Assembly (NCBI RefSeq): GCF_000354175.2
Contig: NC_022359.1
Location: forward strand, 180,001 to 212,000
Origin: Vibrio alginolyticus NBRC 15630 = ATCC 17749
GTDB lineage: Bacteria > Pseudomonadota > Gammaproteobacteria > Enterobacterales > Vibrionaceae
Direction: 5' to 3'
Length of the DNA: 32,000 nucleotides
A program made the position numbers and the translations under genes. Under the pieces are notes generated by a model that was not told the DNA's origin, did not search any database, and saw only the letters and a program-made list of their open reading frames with translations. Below, in pieces: positions 27,121 through 32,000 of the stretch (position 1 is the first letter of the stretch; each line of letters opens with the position of its first letter).

Positions 27121-27415
27121 ATCTACGAATATAAATAGAGCTCGTATTATCTTTGTGAGATTCAGGCACTCTGAATCCGAACTTCAACATAATATTGAAT
27201 AAAACCTTATTAAACAGTTCTAATTCTATCGTCTCTAATTTACTTCCTATTTTACTATCTCTAAGTTCAGGAAAATTGAACTTAGCTTCCTTTAAGATAC
27301 TAGCTATCTCATCAGAATTGATGCTCTGTTTACTTAATAGTTTTTTGTTAATGAACTCTTCATATGCACGAGCACATTTCATCAATCGTAACGCAAATTC
27401 ATTCATAACTGACAT
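27119..27415 (-). CDS. Orphan hypothetical protein in AT-rich DNA between lafA and fliD
   Basis: A 342-nt open frame (297 nt from the ATG at 27415, MSVMNEF...) in clearly AT-rich sequence, where stop codons are frequent. Predicted helical and soluble, with no family recognised. Alternative starts are at 27460 (GTG) and 27406 (ATG). Confidence 0.45.
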   Translation of the reverse strand: MSVMNEFALRLMKCARAYEEFINKKLLSKQSINSDEIASILKEAKFNFPELRDSKIGSKLETIELELFNKVLFNIMLKFGFRVPESHKDNTSSIYIRR

Positions 27416-27646
27416 TCTTTGAAACGTAAAAAATTTAATTTTTAGTGAGAACACTTGCACATCGCACTATCAAAAATAATATCAGAACGCAATTAATGCA
27501 CTCTGTAAGAATTATCTGAATCAAGCTGAAGTAAAGGCTGAATATAACGTCTAATTAAAACATCTCTCCTAATTAGAACCGTCAATACAATTAAATATTT
27601 TCTTTGTTTAGGTCGCCTTTTCTTATAAGGAAATTACTTTTTCCAT

Positions 27647-27688
27647 GGAGGAAGGCGGAACAAACAAGGTGGAAACACCACTTCCTCC
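27647..27688. promoter_or_regulatory. Inverted repeat upstream of the fliD sigma54 promoter (candidate enhancer/UAS)
   Basis: GGAGGAAG (27647-27654) and CTTCCTCC (27681-27688) enclose a GGTG-GAAA-CACC mini-hairpin. The centre is about 75 bp upstream of the -24 element. Confidence 0.3.
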
Positions 27689-27738
27689 CAAGAAAACAAA
27701 ATAGCTTTAAACCTTTGTTTTAATTGAATTTAATATAC

Positions 27739-27752
27739 GGCACGCATCTTGC
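27739..27752 (+). promoter_or_regulatory. Sigma54 (-24/-12) promoter of the fliD-fliS-fliT-fliK-fliL-lafS operon
   Basis: cGGCACGcatcTTGCc against the consensus TGGCACG-N4-TTGCW, with exact GG/GC spacing. It lies about 70 nt upstream of the fliD ATG. Confidence 0.8.
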
Positions 27753-27822
27753 CACTGATAATTAAACTAAGGCGTAGCATTCAAAGTATTCAAGCCAATA
27801 AGAGATGAGAGGAGCACACCTC

Positions 27823-29169
27823 ATGAGTTCTTTAGACCCAGTAAAAATGGCAACCCAATTCGCACAATTGGACACAAACCCATTCAAAAACCGTTACCAA
27901 GCGCAAGCTAATGTGTACCAGTCACAACTGTCAGCTTTTAATAAAGTTGAAAGCGCACTACGTGATTTTCGTACTGCAATGAAAGAGATGAATAACAGCA
28001 CAAACAGCATCATCAAAAACAGTGCGACACTCTCTCAAGAAGGTAACTTTACTGCAAACGCGGATGCTAAAGCGCTAACGGGTAACTATCAGATTTTTGT
28101 AGAAAAAGTGGCAACGGCGCATCAAGTATCTACAGGAATGCCTGCAGACCTTGAGGCGACGACAGAAGTACCAACTACTGGATCTTTAGAATTCACCATC
28201 AACGGTGAAACAATGACTCTAGACTTGTCCTCCGTTGATGTTAATGGTGACGGCACTGCAACGATCAGCGATTTAGCCAGTGCGATTAACAATCACACGG
28301 ACAACCCTGGCGTTAACGCCACTCTAGTTCGCTCGAATGGTCAAACACACTTTATGCTATCGAGCACTGAGACTGGTGTCGAAAATAAGATCAACGTATC
28401 TGCATCGGGTACTGGCCAAGCGTGGTTTGAAGACGCCTTCACCAACCTCAAGCAAATCAACGCTCCGCAAGATGCGGTTATGTGGCTAGGTGCAAAAGAC
28501 TCAGGCCTGAAACTAACCAACGCAAGTAATACTTTTGAAGGTGTCATCGACGGTGTTGACATTACCGTATCTAAACCGCAAGCCGCGGGAGATTCTCCAA
28601 TCGGTTTAAAAATTGGAGCTGATAGCGAAGGCACTAAAGAACAACTAGATAAGTTTGTGGAAACCTACAATGCCCTTGTTTCGACTATCGATCAGTACAC
28701 CCAAATTGGCGGTGAAGATCAGAAACGCGGCGTGCTCGCTAGCGACTCGACATTGCGTTCTATTGAGAGTCAGTTAACGGGGTTAATCCGAGGTGAACAC
28801 AATGGTATGCGCCTAAGCGAAATCGGCGTGAGCCTAGACCGCAACGGTAAAATGAAAGTTGATCAAGAAAAGTTCAAAGAAGCTCAACAAACAAACAGCG
28901 CAGGCTTAGAGGCGTTGTTTAATGGGGATGACGCTTTGCTAGATTCTCTTGACGCGATGGTAGAGCCTTTCTTGAAGTTCTCATCAGGTACCTTCAGCAC
29001 GCGTAAAGACGCAATACAGTCAAGCTTAGACCGAATCAAAGATAAACAAACCAATTTAGAGCGTAAGTACGAAATGTCGTACAACCGCTATCTCAAACAA
29101 TTCACTCAAATGAATTCAATTATGACCCAAATGAACCAAACCATGTCCATGTTTAATGCTCAAAAATAA
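27823..29169 (+). CDS. fliD: Lateral flagellar filament cap protein FliD (LafB)
   Basis: FliD N-terminal and C-terminal domains (GVLASDSTLRSIESQL..., YNRYLKQFTQMNSIMTQMNQ). Start placed at the ATG at 27823 (GAGAGGAG Shine-Dalgarno) instead of the track's 27805. Confidence 0.9.
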   Translation: MSSLDPVKMATQFAQLDTNPFKNRYQAQANVYQSQLSAFNKVESALRDFRTAMKEMNNSTNSIIKNSATLSQEGNFTANADAKALTGNYQIFVEKVATAHQVSTGMPADLEATTEVPTTGSLEFTINGETMTLDLSSVDVNGDGTATISDLASAINNHTDNPGVNATLVRSNGQTHFMLSSTETGVENKINVSASGTGQAWFEDAFTNLKQINAPQDAVMWLGAKDSGLKLTNASNTFEGVIDGVDITVSKPQAAGDSPIGLKIGADSEGTKEQLDKFVETYNALVSTIDQYTQIGGEDQKRGVLASDSTLRSIESQLTGLIRGEHNGMRLSEIGVSLDRNGKMKVDQEKFKEAQQTNSAGLEALFNGDDALLDSLDAMVEPFLKFSSGTFSTRKDAIQSSLDRIKDKQTNLERKYEMSYNRYLKQFTQMNSIMTQMNQTMSMFNAQK

Positions 29170-29201
29170 GACATTTGGTTCCAAATTTAGGAGAAATATT
29201 C

Positions 29202-29588
29202 ATGCTTATGGATTCTGGTTACGATTCGTACCAACAAGTCGATCTCGACGCTCAAGCGGCAGCAGCAAATCCACACCAATTAGTCATCATGTTAATCGAT
29301 GGCCTACTCGATGAAGTTGAACGTATTCGCGGCCACCTAGCCGCAAATCGTTTGGCTGAGAAAGGGAATGGAATCAACAAATGCATGAACATCTTGATTG
29401 GACTAACAAGTGCTTTAGATGATGAAAACGGCGGTGAAATTGCGGAAAACCTACGCCAGCTGTATGACTTCTGCCAAGTCGAACTTTATTACGCTAGCGT
29501 GCAAAACGATGCAAATCGCTTGGTTAACGTTGAGCGTGTAATGGGTAACATTCGTGAAGGTTGGATGAATTTTGGACAACAAGCATAA
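29202..29588 (+). CDS. fliS: Lateral flagellin chaperone FliS (LafC)
   Basis: FliS family pattern (Y....V......P.QLV.ML.DG......A). Start at the ATG at 29202 (AGGAGA Shine-Dalgarno) instead of the TTG at 29175. Confidence 0.9.
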   Translation: MLMDSGYDSYQQVDLDAQAAAANPHQLVIMLIDGLLDEVERIRGHLAANRLAEKGNGINKCMNILIGLTSALDDENGGEIAENLRQLYDFCQVELYYASVQNDANRLVNVERVMGNIREGWMNFGQQA

Positions 29589-29892
29589 AGTATCGCCAGA
29601 GCGATTCCGTCATTTATCTCAGCTCATCCAGTTCGCCGCAAAAACGGCCGATTGGCATGCGCTCAAGCGGTACGACTTGCAGTTGCGAGAGCTTTTGATC
29701 AGTCACAAGCCTTTTTTGAAAGATCCTAAGCTTGCACCTGAAATCCAGCGAGCGAAAACAGTGCACGCTAATGCCTTCGCAGTATTAGAGAAGTCGACCA
29801 ACGAGTTGAAAAAAGAGATGAACATGGTCAATGACCATCAAGAACGCGCTATGGCCTATCAATTAGCAATGACCATGGAGCTAACTCAATGA
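29572..29892 (+). CDS. fliT: FliT-like export chaperone (LafD)
   Basis: 106-aa helical protein between fliS and fliK. TTG start overlapping the end of fliS. Assigned mainly by position. Confidence 0.6.
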   Translation: MDNKHKVSPERFRHLSQLIQFAAKTADWHALKRYDLQLRELLISHKPFLKDPKLAPEIQRAKTVHANAFAVLEKSTNELKKEMNMVNDHQERAMAYQLAMTMELTQ

Positions 29893-30962
29893 TCATACCT
29901 TCTTCAACTCAGCACTCGGGTAATTCGCCAGCTAACAATGAGGGTCACATCAAGCAAGCGAACTCGGTACACGGCTTTTCTCATGGTTTTAAATCAGGGA
30001 ACAAGCAGAATGGTGAGCAAGACTTTAACTCTGCGTCAGCGGTATCGAGTTTTCACCTTACGGCCTCTACTTTGAACAGCGCAAACAAAGTACAAAGTCA
30101 TGGTTTTGATACTGATGACCGCTCAGCTTCAGATCCGGATGCCAACTTGACCAGTACACCAGGGTTAACAGAATCGACTGATCTTGCAGCGCAAGCTCAA
30201 GCTTTAACCCAGGGTATGATTACCATGGCAGAGAAGCAGGCTGAGAAACTAGGAAAAGCGTCATCTTTAATGACTGCGAGCGAAGTTAAGTCTGTTACTC
30301 AAGATTCGTCTAACGCTATGTTAAACACATCATCAAAACAAGATGTGAAGCAAAGTCTGCCGACTTCATCGAGTTCGCGTTTGCCTATCTCCGGTGCTGA
30401 GTTTCAAACTCTTTTGAATCAACCTGTTCAAGGGCAACCAACCGCCTCTCTACTTCAAGCACAAGCTCCTACAACACAACCTGCACATTCACCGATTGCG
30501 ACGAGTCATGTTCAAGCTCAAGGCTCTGAGTGGGCAGCAGTGCGTGTTGATACCACTGCCGGAAAGTGGGGAGAGCAAATGATGCAAGTATTACATGATC
30601 GCGTGACGCTCCAAGCTCAACAAAATGTACAAGAAGCAAAAATCCGCCTAGACCCACCAGACTTGGGGAAACTGGATTTACTTGTACGTGTTGAAGGTGA
30701 CCGATTAAGTGTCCACATCAACGCCAATGCCGCAGCAACACGAGAAGCTTTAATGCAAGTTTCGGAACGATTGCGTACTGAGTTACAAGAGCAAAACTTC
30801 GTTCATGTCGATGTCAATGTTGGCTCTGATCAAAACCAAGGTCGAAATGACCCACATGCAAACGAAGAAGACGCCAATATTTTCGCCGCACGAGAATCTG
30901 GTGCATTCCAAACCACGACAACAACTAACTATTCAGAACACTGGCTAAGCACTCAAGCTTAG
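29889..30962 (+). CDS. fliK: Lateral flagellar hook-length control protein FliK (LafE)
   Basis: Low-complexity S/T/Q-rich N-terminal half and a C-terminal Flg_hook domain (AKIRLDPPDLGKLDLLVRVEGDRLSVHINA). ATGA overlap with fliT. Confidence 0.85.
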   Translation: MIIPSSTQHSGNSPANNEGHIKQANSVHGFSHGFKSGNKQNGEQDFNSASAVSSFHLTASTLNSANKVQSHGFDTDDRSASDPDANLTSTPGLTESTDLAAQAQALTQGMITMAEKQAEKLGKASSLMTASEVKSVTQDSSNAMLNTSSKQDVKQSLPTSSSSRLPISGAEFQTLLNQPVQGQPTASLLQAQAPTTQPAHSPIATSHVQAQGSEWAAVRVDTTAGKWGEQMMQVLHDRVTLQAQQNVQEAKIRLDPPDLGKLDLLVRVEGDRLSVHINANAAATREALMQVSERLRTELQEQNFVHVDVNVGSDQNQGRNDPHANEEDANIFAARESGAFQTTTTTNYSEHWLSTQA

Positions 30963-30984
30963 TGAATCTTCGAGGAAAAAGGTT

Positions 30985-31485
30985 ATGACCAAACAACAAA
31001 TGATCGCCCTGTTTATCGCCATGATCATCACCAGTGCCCTCGTTTCGGCCGTCACAATTATGGGCGGAATCTGGTACTTAAACAAACACGCTCAAGAGTC
31101 ACCTGACTCTGGTTCACTGATCGAAGACTCTCCACTGTCTTTTTTGGTCACAGAACAACCGACAAGTAAAGGTCCTAGCTTCCATCCTTTGGACAAAGTC
31201 GTTTTGACCGTTAAAGGCAAGAAACAGACTCACTTTGTGATGCTAGAACTGGCAATTGAGACACGCCGTCCAGAGCGTATCAAAGAGATCGATGAATACA
31301 TGCCTATGGTACAAAACTCTCTATTAAAACTGTTTAGCGACAAAACGTTTGATCAGTTACAGCAAGCGGGTGCCATCGATATTCTGCAAGACGAAGTGAA
31401 GCAAACGCTTCTACTCGCTTTTGCTAAAACAGACATCGTCCGAGAAATCGACGATGTTTTGTTGACTAAATATGTTGTGCAATAA
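30985..31485 (+). CDS. fliL: Lateral flagellar basal-body-associated protein FliL (LafF)
   Basis: 166 aa with a single N-terminal TM segment and a FliL domain (VVLTVKGKKQTHFVMLELAIET). Confidence 0.85.
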   Translation: MTKQQMIALFIAMIITSALVSAVTIMGGIWYLNKHAQESPDSGSLIEDSPLSFLVTEQPTSKGPSFHPLDKVVLTVKGKKQTHFVMLELAIETRRPERIKEIDEYMPMVQNSLLKLFSDKTFDQLQQAGAIDILQDEVKQTLLLAFAKTDIVREIDDVLLTKYVVQ

Positions 31486-31497
31486 CGGAGCACAACC

Positions 31498-32000
31498 ATG
31501 TTAGACATGAATGTACAAGACACTTACACCACAGAAGAGGAAGTGACAACACCGTCACGACCAATTGATGAAAACGCATTGCTACAACGTCATCAGGTCA
31601 TGGTAAAACGCGTAGTTAACCAGCTGCGCGTTCATGCCACTTCTCACTGTAGTATTGAAGATATGCAGCAGATAGGCCTTATCGCTCTAGTCGAGGCTGG
31701 ACGCCGATATGGCGATGTTGACGATCCTCACTTTCCTGCTTTCGCCGTTTGTCGAGTTCGGGGAGCTATTTTAGACGAATTACGCCGACTAGATTGGCGT
31801 TCACGTAAGACTCGTCAACAAGCCCACGAGCTCAACGACGTGACTCGAGATCTCACTCGAACGTTAGGTCGAATGCCAACGGATGCCGAAATCATCCAGG
31901 CTTTAGGGACGAATGAGCAAGATTATTACAACCGCCAAAATGCCGCTCTCGCAGGCGAGATGCAAAGCCTTGACCAACTGATGGAGAGCAGCGGTGATAG
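31498..32000 (+). CDS. lafS: Lateral flagellar sigma-28 factor LafS (FliA-type), 5' part only (runs off the window)
   Basis: My own translation from the ATG at 31498 (GGAG Shine-Dalgarno) gives MLDMNVQDTYTTEEE...QQIGLIALVEAGRRYG...CRVRGAILDELRRLDWRSRKTRQ, which shows sigma70 region 2 and FliA signatures. No stop codon occurs before position 32000. Confidence 0.85.
   Translation, partial: MLDMNVQDTYTTEEEVTTPSRPIDENALLQRHQVMVKRVVNQLRVHATSHCSIEDMQQIGLIALVEAGRRYGDVDDPHFPAFAVCRVRGAILDELRRLDWRSRKTRQQAHELNDVTRDLTRTLGRMPTDAEIIQALGTNEQDYYNRQNAALAGEMQSLDQLMESSGD

Noticed and set aside
27645-27704. 19-codon mini-ORF (MEEGGTNKVETPLPPKKTK) spanning the GGAGGAAG/CTTCCTCC dyad
   Set aside because: The nearest Shine-Dalgarno-like AAGGAA is about 13 nt upstream, which is too far. 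The sequence is better explained as a DNA or RNA dyad, and there is no supporting evidence for translation.
1-32000. Search for tRNA or rRNA genes, CRISPR arrays, integrases or transposases, and island boundaries around the laf cluster
   Set aside because: I saw no regularly spaced repeats, no cloverleaf-like or rRNA-like sequence, and no recombinase-like ORF. The laf block has no visible mobile-element borders within this window.

Overview
This window looks like Vibrio chromosomal DNA, most consistent with chromosome 2 of a Harveyi-clade species such as V. parahaemolyticus; that assignment is inferred from gene content and synteny, not from a search. Positions 1-10418 hold ordinary mixed-function accessory genes: a secreted spondin_N-like protein plus a lipoprotein, two LysR regulators (one frameshifted), YaeR, a DUF2946/PepSY-TM pair, cytochrome b562, YcdX, an SRPBCC protein, a DMT transporter, and a trypsin-like protease with a GlyGly-CTERM tail. 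Positions 10435-32000 are 'region 2' of the lateral flagellar (laf) system. It consists of a minus-strand operon motY-lafK-fliEFGHIJ, a divergent plus-strand operon fliMNPQR-flhBA followed by a degenerate EAL-like gene, then lafA flagellin, then fliD-fliS-fliT-fliK-fliL-lafS, which runs off the window. The laf system is well described, and I do not see a convincing wholly new multi-gene system. The parts not explained by standard annotation are listed here. (1) A highly structured 385-bp spacer inside the DUF2946/PepSY pair, containing a 266-bp element bounded by inverted repeats. (2) An AT-rich orphan ORF antisense between lafA and fliD. (3) A near-perfect sigma54 promoter with upstream dyads in front of fliD, whereas the 379-bp fliM/motY control region has no canonical sigma54 promoter but carries two identical 11-mers 126 bp apart. 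(4) A YdiV-like degenerate EAL protein translationally coupled to flhA. (5) Four helically phased, Pho-box-like direct repeats upstream of an uncharacterised ORF. No tRNA, rRNA, CRISPR array, transposase or integrase was seen.
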